Assembly: GCA_040752415.1 (NCBI GenBank)
Contig: JBFMGU010000045.1
Location: forward strand, 1 to 51,512
Source: Myxococcota bacterium
Lineage (GTDB): Bacteria; Myxococcota; JACRCW01
Reading direction: 5' to 3'
DNA: 51,512 bases
Each line of letters opens with the position of its first letter. The stretch's first letter is position 1. Under the pieces are notes generated by a model. That model was not told where the DNA came from, ran no database searches, and saw only the letters and a program-made list of their open reading frames with translations. This document shows positions 27,199 to 37,523 of this stretch, in pieces. The translations under genes were made by a program, and so were the position numbers.

Positions 27199-27888
27199 CT
27201 ACCGGGTTGTCGTCCTGCGCTGCCCCGTCGCGGCATGCTCCCGCATGGACCGGTCCCACGCGCGCAACGCGCTGACAGGTCCCAGGTACAGCTGCCACAC
27301 CGTGCACGGCACCACCGCCGCGGGCAGTCCCAGGATGGGCGAGAACATCAACCCGATCACGATTCCATCCATCAAATACAGCAGGAAACCAATCACGAAT
27401 CCCGCCACGAATCCGAACGGCCCCCCGCCAATGGGCAGGAAGATGGCGCCCAGCACCGCGCCCACCGCCGAGAGCACCGCGCCCACCAGCACACCCGCCG
27501 CCGCGCCCATCAACGTCCCAAATGCAAAACCGCCCAGCGGCAGGAGCACCACCGCCGCCAGGAACGGCAGCACCACGTGCATCAACAAGGTCCGTCGCAA
27601 CACGCCATCCAGCGGCGGTCGCTCCGGGCCTTCCACCGTTGTGAGCGGCGCCCACAACATGCCCGCGGGCAACAGCGCCATCATCAGGTACAGCCGCACG
27701 CGGTGCTCCTCCAGGAGCGGGTGCAGCTGAGGCGCCTTGTAGCAGATGGCCTCGTGCACGCAGCCGCGGGGCGTGGGCACGGTGACGCGCGGGGCCGGTG
27801 TGACGTCGGGCGGCGGCGTGCCTTGGGACCGCGCGGGTGCGGCGCCCAGCAGGACCGCCAGCACCAACGCCCAACGCACCGGGCTCAA
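27199..27888 (-). CDS. Hypothetical membrane protein with signal peptide and glycine-zipper TM helices
   Basis: Signal peptide ending APARS; Gly/Ala-rich TM segments; TTG start overlaps the upstream stop. Confidence 0.7.
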   Translation of the reverse strand: MSPVRWALVLAVLLGAAPARSQGTPPPDVTPAPRVTVPTPRGCVHEAICYKAPQLHPLLEEHRVRLYLMMALLPAGMLWAPLTTVEGPERPPLDGVLRRTLLMHVVLPFLAAVVLLPLGGFAFGTLMGAAAGVLVGAVLSAVGAVLGAIFLPIGGGPFGFVAGFVIGFLLYLMDGIVIGLMFSPILGLPAAVVPCTVWQLYLGPVSALRAWDRSMREHAATGQRRTTTR

Positions 27889-29087
27889 CCCTTCTCCGCG
27901 GCGCGGGTGTACTCACCCTTGTCGCCGTTCTTGGCTTCGGTCTTCTCGGCGGTCTTGCCCTCGGCCTTGTGCTCGCCCTTCTCGGGCTTCTCGGCGGGTT
28001 CCTTCTCCGCGGCGCGTTCCGCGGTCTTCTCGGCGGTCCTGGTGGTGGCGCGCACGCTGCCGCTCATGGCCGCCGGGGTGAGCATGCCGGCCTTGAGCTC
28101 CCTGCGTCGCTTCCACGCCATCTCGACGATGCGCTCGATGAGGTCCTCGTAGGCAATCCCCGCGTCGGCGGCGGACATGGCCACCTCGCTCCCGCGCTCC
28201 AGGTAGGGATTGGGATTGACCTCGATGACGTAGATCTCGCCCGCCTCGGTCACGCGCACGTCGACACGGCCGTAGTCGCGCAGCCGCAGCGCCAGGTACG
28301 CCTCCCGCGCCACCTTCTTGAGCCGGCTGCGCAGCTCGTCGGAGATCTCGCGGGCAATGACGCTCTTGGTGCCCTTGTACGCCTTGGTGCGCGCCTTCCA
28401 CTTGGCGTCGTAGGAGGCCACGTGCACCGCGCCGTGCGGCAGCCCGGAGAAGTCCAGCTCCACCACGCTGAGCACCTGCGGGTCCAGCCCGCCAATCACG
28501 CTCAGGTAGTACTCCCTTCCCTCGATGTACTCCTCCGCCAGCGCCGCGCCGCCAAACGTCTCGTGCACGTAGGCCACGCGCTCGATGAGGCTCTTGTAGT
28601 CCTGCACCAGGCTGGCCGCGTGGATGCCCAGGCTGCTGTCGGCGCGTTGCGGCTTGACGAACAGCGGGAAGCGCACGTTGCCACCGGTCTCGATGTGCGC
28701 CGCGGAGAACGTCAGGTACTCCGGGTATTTCACGCCGTGGAACGCCAGCAGCTTCTTGGTGAGGACCTTGTCCTGCGCCATGAACAGGCCGCCCACGTCG
28801 CTGCCCGTGAACGGGATGCCCATCAGCTCCAGCACCGCCGCCACGTTGACGTCCTGGTACATGTTGTCGCCAAAGCTCTCGGCCAGGTTGAAGATCAGGT
28901 CGGGCTTGCGGGCGCGCACGCCGGAGACAAAGGCCTCCACGTCGGACGGGATGGGGAAGCGGTCCACGCTGTGCCCCTTCTGCTGGAGCACGGTCGTGAT
29001 CTGCTCCACCACCACGTCGGGCTTGTCGGCACCCTTGTCCTTGTGCTGCCCCGGGTCATGGATGATGAGGATGGCAAGCTTCTTCAA
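27885..29087 (-). CDS. D-Ala-D-Ala-ligase-like ATP-grasp protein
   Basis: IFNLAE, IPFTGS, DK.LTK, FPLFVKP..DSS.GI, EEYIEGRE, YGRVDVR, IEVNPNP; GGAGGAGG RBS before TTG; charged low-complexity tail. Confidence 0.9.
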   Translation of the reverse strand: MKKLAILIIHDPGQHKDKGADKPDVVVEQITTVLQQKGHSVDRFPIPSDVEAFVSGVRARKPDLIFNLAESFGDNMYQDVNVAAVLELMGIPFTGSDVGGLFMAQDKVLTKKLLAFHGVKYPEYLTFSAAHIETGGNVRFPLFVKPQRADSSLGIHAASLVQDYKSLIERVAYVHETFGGAALAEEYIEGREYYLSVIGGLDPQVLSVVELDFSGLPHGAVHVASYDAKWKARTKAYKGTKSVIAREISDELRSRLKKVAREAYLALRLRDYGRVDVRVTEAGEIYVIEVNPNPYLERGSEVAMSAADAGIAYEDLIERIVEMAWKRRRELKAGMLTPAAMSGSVRATTRTAEKTAERAAEKEPAEKPEKGEHKAEGKTAEKTEAKNGDKGEYTRAAEKG

Positions 29088-29102
29088 CGCGTCCTCCTCC
29101 CG

Positions 29103-30149
29103 TCAAAGGTCCACAAAGCGGTCGCGGTACAGATGGTTCACCACCAGTGTGGTGAGCATGATGGAGAAGCGCACGTGCAGCACGCTCTCCCGTCCCCGCG
29201 GCACCGTCAGCTCCATCTTCGTGGCGCGTTCCGCCAGGTGGTCCACCAGCGCGCCAATCACCGGCGGCCGCTCCCCGGTCCAGTACGCCACGTCGCGCAC
29301 CAGGTCCCGCCGACGCTGCACGATGAACCTTCCCGCCGGCTCCCCCTCGGCGCCCGGCGCGCCAAACAGGTCGCGCAGGTCACCGTCCAGGAGCATCCCC
29401 AGCTCCGCGGCCACGTCCGCCTTGCCCTGGCGCGCGTAGTGCTCGCGCACCGTGTAGTCCATCTTCTCCACCGGCAGCATGTCGTCGGTGGCGCGCGCGG
29501 GGCCGGGGTTGGGCGCCTCCGCGGGCAGCGCGCGCATGACCTTGTCCACGTACTGCAGCTTCTGCAGCGCGGGCCATCCCTTGTACGCCTGCTCCCAGTT
29601 GATGTCGGGAGTGAGCCACACCGCGAACGTCTCGGCGAAGTCCTCGTCGGGATGCTTCTGCGCGTACCAGCCGGGGATGTGCCGCACGAACTTCTTGCTG
29701 AACGGCGCGGGCTTGTAGTCGTCGACGTAGGGCCGCGTGTACGGACCAAAGGTGACGTGCCACTCCTCCGTCTCGTAGAGCTGGTAGGCGTAGTTGTACG
29801 CGTGGCCCGCCTCGTGACGCAGGTACATCATGATCTGCTGATCACCCTCGATGTCCCCGGCCTCCTCCTCCTCGATGCGCGCCAGCTTGGGGTGCGCCAG
29901 GTAGAAGGGGATGCCAATGACCGGGACGCCGTCGGGGCAGCCCCACTCGTCGCTGAGATAGCAGCGCGGCATGAAGGAGAGCCCGCGCGCGCGCAGCTCC
30001 CGGTGCAGCTGCTCCACCAGGCGCTCCAGCGCGGTGCCCTCAATGCGCAGCTCCAGCTCGCTGATCTTGCGCTCCAGCAGCCCCATCTCGTCGCGACCGC
30101 GCGGCGTGGGCTCGCTGGATTCCCGGAATGGCGTTTCCGCGGTGGGCAC
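29103..30149 (-). CDS. Putative zinc-binding metallopeptidase (Peptidase_Mx-like)
   Basis: YLSDEW.CPDG, IPFYLAHP, RHEAGHA (HExxH), YAQKHPDEDFAETFAVWL. Start is GTG 30149 (TAGTGT 8 nt upstream) or ATG 30086. Confidence 0.85.
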   Translation of the reverse strand: MPTAETPFRESSEPTPRGRDEMGLLERKISELELRIEGTALERLVEQLHRELRARGLSFMPRCYLSDEWGCPDGVPVIGIPFYLAHPKLARIEEEEAGDIEGDQQIMMYLRHEAGHAYNYAYQLYETEEWHVTFGPYTRPYVDDYKPAPFSKKFVRHIPGWYAQKHPDEDFAETFAVWLTPDINWEQAYKGWPALQKLQYVDKVMRALPAEAPNPGPARATDDMLPVEKMDYTVREHYARQGKADVAAELGMLLDGDLRDLFGAPGAEGEPAGRFIVQRRRDLVRDVAYWTGERPPVIGALVDHLAERATKMELTVPRGRESVLHVRFSIMLTTLVVNHLYRDRFVDL

Positions 30150-30510
30150 GGAAGACAACACTACGCAATGCGGGCGCGGCAGGGAACCGCTCAACGTCCT
30201 CGGAAAGGGAAATCCTGTGGCGCGTTGCCGCCTCCCCCAACGTGTTGGAGGGCGCGTCCGCAACATCGTCGTCTTGGGCACGGACGGAAACCCATCAACG
30301 CGATCACGCGGAATCACCCGTGTCAGCACACCGCGCCGAACCGCGTGGAGCATGGACATCGTCGTCAGGGTCGCCCCGCGCTTCCGTCGTCCCGTGAGCC
30401 ACGACGCTGCGACCCGGGCAACCGACGCCTCGTGACGCGGACAACGGCGCGCCGGGCGTGCCCGGGCGTTTTCGCGTCGCTACGCCAGGGCACCCACAAG
30501 AGGGGGCGTC

Positions 30511-33500
30511 ATGCGCGCATTCCGGGTTGGGCGGTGGTTCCTCGTCTATCTGGCGGCCTTGGCGGTGTGGGGCTCGTGTGTTCGCGACTGTCCGGGTGAT
30601 GGGGCCGGAGCGGGGCCGGCGACGAGCGGAGAGGAAGTCGAGACGGGTCAGATCGCCCGGGCGCTCGGGGTGCACAAGATCCGCATCGAGTATCCCAACG
30701 AGACCGACGTGCGGATGAACCTCCGGGGCGCGGGCGGCGAGGAGCTGGGCACCACCGTCATCGTTCCCGCGGAGGGAACCATGGCGGCCACGTTCACCGG
30801 CGTCGACGGCAGCACGGCCAGCTACGAGGCGTTCATCACCGCGGGCGAAGAGGAGGGTCAGCTCGTCCACGAGCGGGTGATCAGCGGCGCGGGCGGCACG
30901 GTGCGCACGCGGGAGATCCTGGTTCCGGCACGCGCCGCGTCCGGTCGACAGGACTGGCTGCACACCGCCCTGCTCCAGGCCGAGGTTCCCGCCGGAGCGG
31001 ATACGCCCTCCGTCGGATACGTCGATCCCGGAGAGACGGGGCTCGTGGCGACGTTGGTGACCGTGCAGGATGGCGTGCCCGCGGTGAGCATGGGTGAGGT
31101 GCACCACTGGATCGACGCCGTGGGGCTGGCGCCGTTGATGCGGGACGCCTCCGCCACCTACCTGATCGCGAGCCTGCAGGACCAGACCCTCAGTCAATCC
31201 CTCGAGCGGCGCCTCACGGAGTCCGGCGTCAGCGTCGTGGCGCAACCCATCCACATGAGCCCGGAGTGCGTGAACACCTTCACGCTGACCACCGTGGGTG
31301 CGCTCGGCGGGCTGTGCGCGGGGTGCTATCCCGCCGTGGCCGGGTTGCCGGCCAGCGGTGGATGGTCGGCGCTCCTGGCAATTCCAGCCTGCGTGGGCTG
31401 CGCCGGCCTCTTGTTCACGGCCCCCGGCTACTACGAGTGCTACCAGAGTCGTCAGACGAGGATGACGCTTGAGCTGTGTACGCAGCGGAGCTGTCCCTTC
31501 CTGTCGTATCAAACGCCGTCGGTGGACCCCACCGAGCACCTCTGCCTCTGCTCCTGCGACCGGGCGAAGTGTCGCGAGACTTTTTGTCCCCTGCAGGCCC
31601 GTCAGCATGGTCTGTCCTTGAGACCGGAGGGCGGAGGTGAGTGCAATGTTGCGGGACAGTGCTTCTGCCCGTGGACGGACGCCGACAAAGCGTGCCGCAG
31701 GCTCAACACCAACTACTGTGGAGGTGGCCGCTTCATCCTGGAGACGCTCCGGTATGACTGCCCCCAGGCCGAGTGCGGCAACGGCAAGGTGGAGCCGCGG
31801 TGTCGCGAGAAGCCCTCCCTGAACGAGCAATGTGACCACCGGGCAACGCCGACGGGCTGTCCCGAAGGCAAGCGGTGCAATTCCCGCTGCAAGTGTGAGC
31901 CGTGTGATTGCGGTCCTGGTGCGCGGCACCCGAACGCGTGCCCGGCGGCTCGACCGATCTGCGACGGATGCAACTGCATTCCCCGACCGGAGGCGGGGCC
32001 TGCCTGCCTGGCGGGAGGCGGCGCGGGCAGCAGGCGGCCCCAACCCCTGGTTCAGGCCCAGACTGGCGACGAGGATTGCCCGGTGTGCGAGTGTTCCTGC
32101 GTGTACGACGCGGATTGCGCGGGCGTGGAGGGCTGCGGCGCCGGCGGCTGCCAGTGTGTCAACGAGGCCTGTGTTCCGGCCACCCCGGAATGCGAAACCG
32201 ACGAGGAGTGTGACGTCGGCCAGATGTGCATTGACGGCGCGTGCTTCAACCTGGAGTGCACCTCCGACGAGGACTGCGTCCTGGGCGGCCGCTGTGTCGA
32301 GGGAACCTGCACCTCGCCCTGCAGCAGCAACGCCGATTGTGGTCAGGGAGAGATGTGCCGCGACGGCCGCTGTGGACGCGCGCAGTGCACCACCGACGTC
32401 GACTGTCCGCCGCGGCACACCTGCGAGGATGGCCGCTGCGTGGTGGGGGCCTGCGTTACCGACGCGCATTGTCCGGCGGGGAACATCTGCGAGGATGGAA
32501 CCTGTATTCCGCAACCCTGCACCACTGACGCGGACTGTCCCACGGGCATCTCCTGCGAAGAGGGCGTGTGTGGCGCTCCGCGCTGCGTGACGGACGCGGA
32601 TTGCCCTGAGGGAGACATCTGCGAGGCCGGCTCCTGCATTTCGTTCACCTGCACCACCGACGCGGATTGTCCGTTGGGCCAGACCTGTCAGGCGGGGAGT
32701 TGCGTCGCCGCAGGCTGCACCACGGACGCCGACTGTCCTTCCGGGGAATGCACCAACGGCCAATGCACGCCCACCGGATGCGTTCGCAGCGACGAGTGCA
32801 CCGTCGGTGACATCTGCGTCGCGGGCTCCTGTGTGAGCGGCGCGTGCACCACCAATGCGGACTGTCCCCCGGAACGGAACTGCGTGGAGCAGGCGTGCGT
32901 GCCCGCGCCGTGCACCAGCGACACGGATTGTCCGGCCGGCATCCGCTGCGTGAGCGGGACCTGCGGGGAGCCGGGGTGTCGTCGTGATGACCAATGCGCC
33001 GCGGGAGAGCGCTGCGACACCACGAGCTGGACATGTGTGCCCACCGGCTGCACCTCCGACGCGGAGTGCGCGCTGGGTGAGGTGTGTCGCAACGGCGCGT
33101 GCGTGACCGAAGGCTGCGTCACGGACCTGGACTGCCCGCTGGGTGAGGCCTGCGACAACGGCACCTGCGTTCCCGGCGAATGCACCAATGACAGCGACTG
33201 CACGCCGGGCGAGTTCTGCATTGATGGCGTGTGCGTGTCCCTGGGGTGCGCCACCGACGCGGACTGCGGGGAGGGCCTGGCGTGCCGGGATGGAGCCTGC
33301 GTGGCGGCCACGTGCACCACCGACGCGGATTGCCCGCTCGGCGAGGTTTGCCGCAATGGAACGTGCGTCACCGAGGGGTGCGTCACAGACCTGGACTGTC
33401 CCGCGGGCCAGAGCTGCAGCAACGGCAACTGCGTCGCCACCCCGTGTACCACCGACGCGGACTGCGGCCCGGGTGAGTTCTGCGCCGCCGGCACCTGCCA

Positions 33501-34368
33501 GGGCGCGGAGTGCGTCACCGACGCGGATTGTCCGCTGGGCGAGGCCTGCGTCGCGGGAGCGTGCGTGATGGAGGGCTGCGTCACGGACCTGGATTGTCCG
33601 GTTGGGGAAGTCTGCAGCAATGGCCAGTGTGTTGCGGGAGGTTGCACCAGCGACGCGGATTGCTCCGCGGATGAGCGGTGCGTCGAGGGAACGTGCGTGC
33701 GGGCCGGATGCACGAGCAACGAGGAGTGTGGCCCCGGTCGTTCCTGCGTGAACGGTGCCTGCGTGGACACGGGCTGCACCAGCAACGACGATTGCCCCGC
33801 GGGACAGATGTGCATCGACGGCACCTGCGTGGCCCCGCCCGGCTGCGCCAGTGACGCGGATTGTCCGTCGGGCCAGACCTGTCAGAACGGGACCTGCGCG
33901 CCGCCGCCGGGCTGCACCAGCGACGCGGATTGTCCGTCGGGCCAGACCTGTCAGAACGGCACCTGCTCCGCCGCCCCGCAAGGCGTGTGTGGTGACGGCG
34001 TGGTCCAAGGCACGGAGCAGTGCGACGGCTCGGGTCAGGCGCAATGTCAGAGCGGGTTCGCCTGCGTGATCTGTCGTTGCGACCCGGTCTCCAGCACAGC
34101 CACCTGCGGCGACGGCGTCTGTGACACGGCCGCCGGGGAGCGCGACACATGTGCTGCCGACTGCCCGAGCGAATGTGGCGACAACAAGTGCAACGCCACG
34201 GCGGGCGAGCCCACGTCATGTCCCGCGGATTGCCCAAGCGTGGAGTGCTGTGTGCAGACCAACGGATGCCCGTCGGAGGAGCTCTACCGCTGCCCGGGCG
34301 AGTGCTGCTGCTGTCCCTACGGCGCGCGCTGTGTCTCGGGTGGAGGCGGCTGGGTGTGCGGCTTCTAG
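30511..34368 (+). CDS. Large secreted cysteine-rich repeat protein
   Basis: N-terminal signal/anchor; ~28 tandem ~22-aa CxxDxDCxxGxxCxxGxC units; CGNG/CGDG...EQCD myxobacterial Cys-rich repeats. Confidence 0.9.
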   Translation: MRAFRVGRWFLVYLAALAVWGSCVRDCPGDGAGAGPATSGEEVETGQIARALGVHKIRIEYPNETDVRMNLRGAGGEELGTTVIVPAEGTMAATFTGVDGSTASYEAFITAGEEEGQLVHERVISGAGGTVRTREILVPARAASGRQDWLHTALLQAEVPAGADTPSVGYVDPGETGLVATLVTVQDGVPAVSMGEVHHWIDAVGLAPLMRDASATYLIASLQDQTLSQSLERRLTESGVSVVAQPIHMSPECVNTFTLTTVGALGGLCAGCYPAVAGLPASGGWSALLAIPACVGCAGLLFTAPGYYECYQSRQTRMTLELCTQRSCPFLSYQTPSVDPTEHLCLCSCDRAKCRETFCPLQARQHGLSLRPEGGGECNVAGQCFCPWTDADKACRRLNTNYCGGGRFILETLRYDCPQAECGNGKVEPRCREKPSLNEQCDHRATPTGCPEGKRCNSRCKCEPCDCGPGARHPNACPAARPICDGCNCIPRPEAGPACLAGGGAGSRRPQPLVQAQTGDEDCPVCECSCVYDADCAGVEGCGAGGCQCVNEACVPATPECETDEECDVGQMCIDGACFNLECTSDEDCVLGGRCVEGTCTSPCSSNADCGQGEMCRDGRCGRAQCTTDVDCPPRHTCEDGRCVVGACVTDAHCPAGNICEDGTCIPQPCTTDADCPTGISCEEGVCGAPRCVTDADCPEGDICEAGSCISFTCTTDADCPLGQTCQAGSCVAAGCTTDADCPSGECTNGQCTPTGCVRSDECTVGDICVAGSCVSGACTTNADCPPERNCVEQACVPAPCTSDTDCPAGIRCVSGTCGEPGCRRDDQCAAGERCDTTSWTCVPTGCTSDAECALGEVCRNGACVTEGCVTDLDCPLGEACDNGTCVPGECTNDSDCTPGEFCIDGVCVSLGCATDADCGEGLACRDGACVAATCTTDADCPLGEVCRNGTCVTEGCVTDLDCPAGQSCSNGNCVATPCTTDADCGPGEFCAAGTCQGAECVTDADCPLGEACVAGACVMEGCVTDLDCPVGEVCSNGQCVAGGCTSDADCSADERCVEGTCVRAGCTSNEECGPGRSCVNGACVDTGCTSNDDCPAGQMCIDGTCVAPPGCASDADCPSGQTCQNGTCAPPPGCTSDADCPSGQTCQNGTCSAAPQGVCGDGVVQGTEQCDGSGQAQCQSGFACVICRCDPVSSTATCGDGVCDTAAGERDTCAADCPSECGDNKCNATAGEPTSCPADCPSVECCVQTNGCPSEELYRCPGECCCCPYGARCVSGGGGWVCGF

Positions 34369-34372
34369 CAAC

Positions 34373-34984
34373 TCACCCTCGAGGAATGGCCACCGCCTTG
34401 GGCACCATCTCCTCCGCGGCGCCGGCCATGTCCTCGGTCGCCGCCACGGGTACTCCGTCGCCATCCAGCAGCGTGATGACGCTGGTATGCGTGAACGACC
34501 CGTCGGGATGCTTCTTGAACCGCACCCCCAGCACCGCGGCAATCTCCTGCGCCGCGCGGGCATCCGCCGCGGCCATCCGCCACCGCGCGCGGTCCAGCTT
34601 GTGGGACTCCATGAGCCCCCGCAGCATGACCGGGTCATCCCGCTCGGCATCAAAGCTGACGAGGAGGAACCGGGCCCGCGCCCGCGTCTCCGGGTCCAGC
34701 TTGGCCTCAATGCGCTTCAGCGAGGCAATGATGGCGGGACACGCATGCGGGCACGTCCCGTAGAACATGCTGACGAACACCGGCGCACCGCGGTGCACAT
34801 CCAGCCCCACGGTGGACCCGTCCTCCGCCCGCAGCGCGGCGCGCAGCTGGTAGAGCGAGGTCCCCGGCAACGTCCGCTTCTCCGTCGTCGTCGCCGCATC
34901 CTGGTGCACGTGGTGCCGGTGCGGTTCCGCCCCACCCAGCAGCACCGCTGCGCCCAGCACCAACAAGCTTCGCATTCCGTTCAT
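34373..34984 (-). CDS. SCO1/SenC copper chaperone
   Basis: FYGTCPHACP, VSFD.ERD, FTHTS; His-rich N-terminus; ATG overlaps the upstream stop. Confidence 0.92.
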   Translation of the reverse strand: MNGMRSLLVLGAAVLLGGAEPHRHHVHQDAATTTEKRTLPGTSLYQLRAALRAEDGSTVGLDVHRGAPVFVSMFYGTCPHACPAIIASLKRIEAKLDPETRARARFLLVSFDAERDDPVMLRGLMESHKLDRARWRMAAADARAAQEIAAVLGVRFKKHPDGSFTHTSVITLLDGDGVPVAATEDMAGAAEEMVPKAVAIPRG

Positions 34985-35745
34985 GTTCCCTCCTTGTCGT
35001 CGGCGCAGCGGAATCCCAGGCTGGCGGCGGTGTAGCGCGCCTGCAGCGAGCCCAGGAAAGCCACCCGCATGAACACCGCGTAATCCGCGCGGTCCTGCGC
35101 GCTCAGCGCACCGGCGCCACAGAAGCGCATGCGGTCCGCGCCTCCGGCCTCCCGTCCGTCGCTGCTGACGAGGACCGAGTTGAAATCCTCCACCCATTCC
35201 CAGACCAGCCCGTGGAGGTCCTGCACCCCGTACAGGTTGGGCGCGTTCCGTCCCACGCGTGGCAACGCTCCCCGCTGCGGGCTCGCGTACCAGGCCAGGA
35301 TCTCCTGCTGCCACCGCGGGTCCGTGCGCGCGTCCGCGGAGGTGGCGCTGGCCGCGGCCACGTATTCCCACTCCGTCCACGTCGGCAGCCGTCCCCCCGT
35401 CCACGCGCAGTACGCGCGCGCGGCAAACCAGCTCACATTCGTGACCGGCTGCTGCGGCAGCGCGCCCGCGCCCAACCGCGTCGACCCTGCCCAATGGGAC
35501 AGGTATCCATCGTCGACGAACAGCGCCGCCGCCCGCCCGCGTTGCCACTGCGGTTGCGCTCTGACGAACGCCAGGTACTGCGCGTTGGTGACCGGCGTGC
35601 GGTCCACCCTGAACCCGGCCACGCGCAGCTGTTTCTCGTCGGGCGTGGGCGGGAACGTGGGGCGCAGCACCCCGCCCGGCACCGCAACGCGGCCGGACGG
35701 GGCGCTGGCCAACAGCAGCGCAAGCAGGGTGGCGCCCGTCCTCAA
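34981..35745 (-). CDS. nirV: Formylglycine-generating-enzyme-family protein (NirV-like)
   Basis: [22 protein letters not shown]...[23 protein letters not shown]; directly downstream of nirK. Confidence 0.85.
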   Translation of the reverse strand: MRTGATLLALLLASAPSGRVAVPGGVLRPTFPPTPDEKQLRVAGFRVDRTPVTNAQYLAFVRAQPQWQRGRAAALFVDDGYLSHWAGSTRLGAGALPQQPVTNVSWFAARAYCAWTGGRLPTWTEWEYVAAASATSADARTDPRWQQEILAWYASPQRGALPRVGRNAPNLYGVQDLHGLVWEWVEDFNSVLVSSDGREAGGADRMRFCGAGALSAQDRADYAVFMRVAFLGSLQARYTAASLGFRCADDKEGT

Positions 35746-37271
35746 TGCGCCGCTCCCTTCGGTCTCGTGGTGGAGGCGCGCAGGGCGGCCACCTCCTCCG
35801 GCGTCACCTGGTCACCGCTGTTGCCCCAGCTGTTGCGCACGTAGGTGAGGATGTGGGCAATCTCGTCGTCGGTGAGCTGGCTCATGGGCGGCATCACGGA
35901 GTTGTAGTCCGCGTTGTTGACCTTGATGGGACCGTTGAGCCCGTTGATCACCACGCCAATGGCGCGTTTCTTGTCGGCCATCAGGAAGTCGCTCTTGGCC
36001 AGCGGCGGGAACACACCCGGCACGCCCTGGCCTTCCGGCTGGTGACACACCGAGCAGGTTCCGCGGAACAGCTTCTCTCCCGCCGCCATCTGCTGCGCCT
36101 TGGTGAGCTTGCCCTGCTGCCAGCCCTGCGTGGCCTCGGCCACCTTGGGGCGCGGGTCGGTCTTGTCCGCCAGGTAGTCGCTCTCCACCTCCTTGCCGGA
36201 ATAGACCAGCTTGTTCTCCGCTCCCTCCACCTTCATCATCCCCAGCGCGCCCTTGTTGAACGTGCGGAAGATGGAGTGGTCCACCAGGATGTACGTGCCG
36301 GGAACCTCCGTCTTGTACTCGACAATCGCCGAGCCACCCGCCGGCACCAGCGTGGTCTGCACGTTCTCCTGGTAGCGCGTTCCACCCTCGGTGTAGACGC
36401 GGTCGAACACCTCGCCAATGACGTGGAAGCTGCTCACCAGGTTGGGGCCGCCGTTGCCAATGAAGAGGCGCACCCGCTCGCCCACCTTCGCCTTCAACGC
36501 GTTGTCGCCCACCAGCGCGCCTTCCGAGCCGTTGAACACCACGTAGGTGGCGTTCTCGTCGATGGCTTTCTGCATGTCGAAGGGCTGGAGGCCTTTTTCG
36601 CGGTACTTGCCCACCGTGTAGAAATCGCCCTGCATCACGTAGTACTCGCGGTCCACCGGCGGCAGTCCTTCCGGCGGCTCCACGTAGATGAGCCCGTACA
36701 TGCCGTTGGCCACGTGCATGCCCACCGGCGCGGTGGCGCAGTGGTAGACGTACAGGCCCTGGTTGAGCGCCTTGAACGTGAACTGGCTGGCCTTGCCCGG
36801 CGCGGTGAACGTGCTGGTGGCGCCGCCGCCCGGGCCCGTCACGGCGTGCAGGTCAATGTTGTGCGGCATCTTGTTGTCGGGGTGGTTCTTGAGGTGGAAC
36901 TCCACCGTGTCCCCTTGGCGCACCCGGATGAACTTGCCCGGCACCTTTCCGCCAAAGGTCCAGAACGTGTAGTTCACGCCCTCGGAGATGGGCATCACCA
37001 CCTCCTTCACCTCCAGCTCGGCAATCACCTTGGCCGGCTTGGTCCGGTTCGTGGGCGGTGGCACCAGCGGAGGATCGGTGAGCACGGCCTTCACCGGCGG
37101 ACCCTCGGGGGGACCCAGGTCGCCCTTCGCGGAGCCGCCGGTGTCAACCACCGCCAGTCCCGGGGAACCCGCCGCGGCGGTGGAGGTCAGCAACATCGGG
37201 GGTGGGGATGCAAGCTGGCATCCGCCCAGCATCATCAACAAAACAGGTGTGCCGAGGCTTGTCTTCTTCAT
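35742..37271 (-). CDS. nirK: Copper nitrite reductase (AniA-type lipoprotein) fused to C-terminal cytochrome c
   Basis: [44 protein letters not shown] copper ligands; CSVCH heme motif with distal MP; lipobox-like LGGC. Confidence 0.96.
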   Translation of the reverse strand: MKKTSLGTPVLLMMLGGCQLASPPPMLLTSTAAAGSPGLAVVDTGGSAKGDLGPPEGPPVKAVLTDPPLVPPPTNRTKPAKVIAELEVKEVVMPISEGVNYTFWTFGGKVPGKFIRVRQGDTVEFHLKNHPDNKMPHNIDLHAVTGPGGGATSTFTAPGKASQFTFKALNQGLYVYHCATAPVGMHVANGMYGLIYVEPPEGLPPVDREYYVMQGDFYTVGKYREKGLQPFDMQKAIDENATYVVFNGSEGALVGDNALKAKVGERVRLFIGNGGPNLVSSFHVIGEVFDRVYTEGGTRYQENVQTTLVPAGGSAIVEYKTEVPGTYILVDHSIFRTFNKGALGMMKVEGAENKLVYSGKEVESDYLADKTDPRPKVAEATQGWQQGKLTKAQQMAAGEKLFRGTCSVCHQPEGQGVPGVFPPLAKSDFLMADKKRAIGVVINGLNGPIKVNNADYNSVMPPMSQLTDDEIAHILTYVRNSWGNSGDQVTPEEVAALRASTTRPKGAAH

Positions 37272-37303
37272 GAACGCTCCGTGGAAGGGTTGCCCGCCGG
37301 AGC

Positions 37304-37319
37304 TGCATTGCTTGTGCCG
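37304..37319 (-). promoter_or_regulatory. Candidate sigma-54 promoter of nirK
   Basis: CGGCAC-AAGCA-ATGCA with GG-N10-GC spacing, ~33 nt upstream of the ATG. Confidence 0.5.
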
Positions 37320-37523
37320 CAAGGTGTGGATTCACGTGCGCGCAAAAATGCAGCGCTCCGACGCCACCGCGAACGAATCACTCTTCATTCCTGGCAAGGA
37401 ATGCGGCGGCCCACGCATTTCCAACGTCGTGACCAACGGTAGCGCAAGCTTCGTGATGCCTTCGCGTCGCGCCGGCTGGATACCTGCGTATACACGCGCG
37501 AATCGCGAGTATGCATGGGGATG

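Noticed and set aside
27885..29087. Assigning the symbol ddl
   Set aside because: Lacks the N-terminal GGxSxE motif of canonical Ddl and the cell-wall gene context; kept as Ddl-like.
27837..30599. 920-aa plus-strand ORF
   Set aside because: Antisense to the well-supported ligase and peptidase genes.
32090..33970. Regular ~66-bp DNA periodicity (possible CRISPR array)
   Set aside because: These are in-frame protein repeats (CxxDxDC) with synonymous variation.
30304..34044. 1246-aa minus-strand ORF
   Set aside because: Antisense to the Cys-rich repeat gene; low-information Ala/Arg/Gly sequence.
37272..37523. FNR/NnrR box upstream of nirK
   Set aside because: No TTGAT-N4-ATCAA-like site with correct spacing was found.
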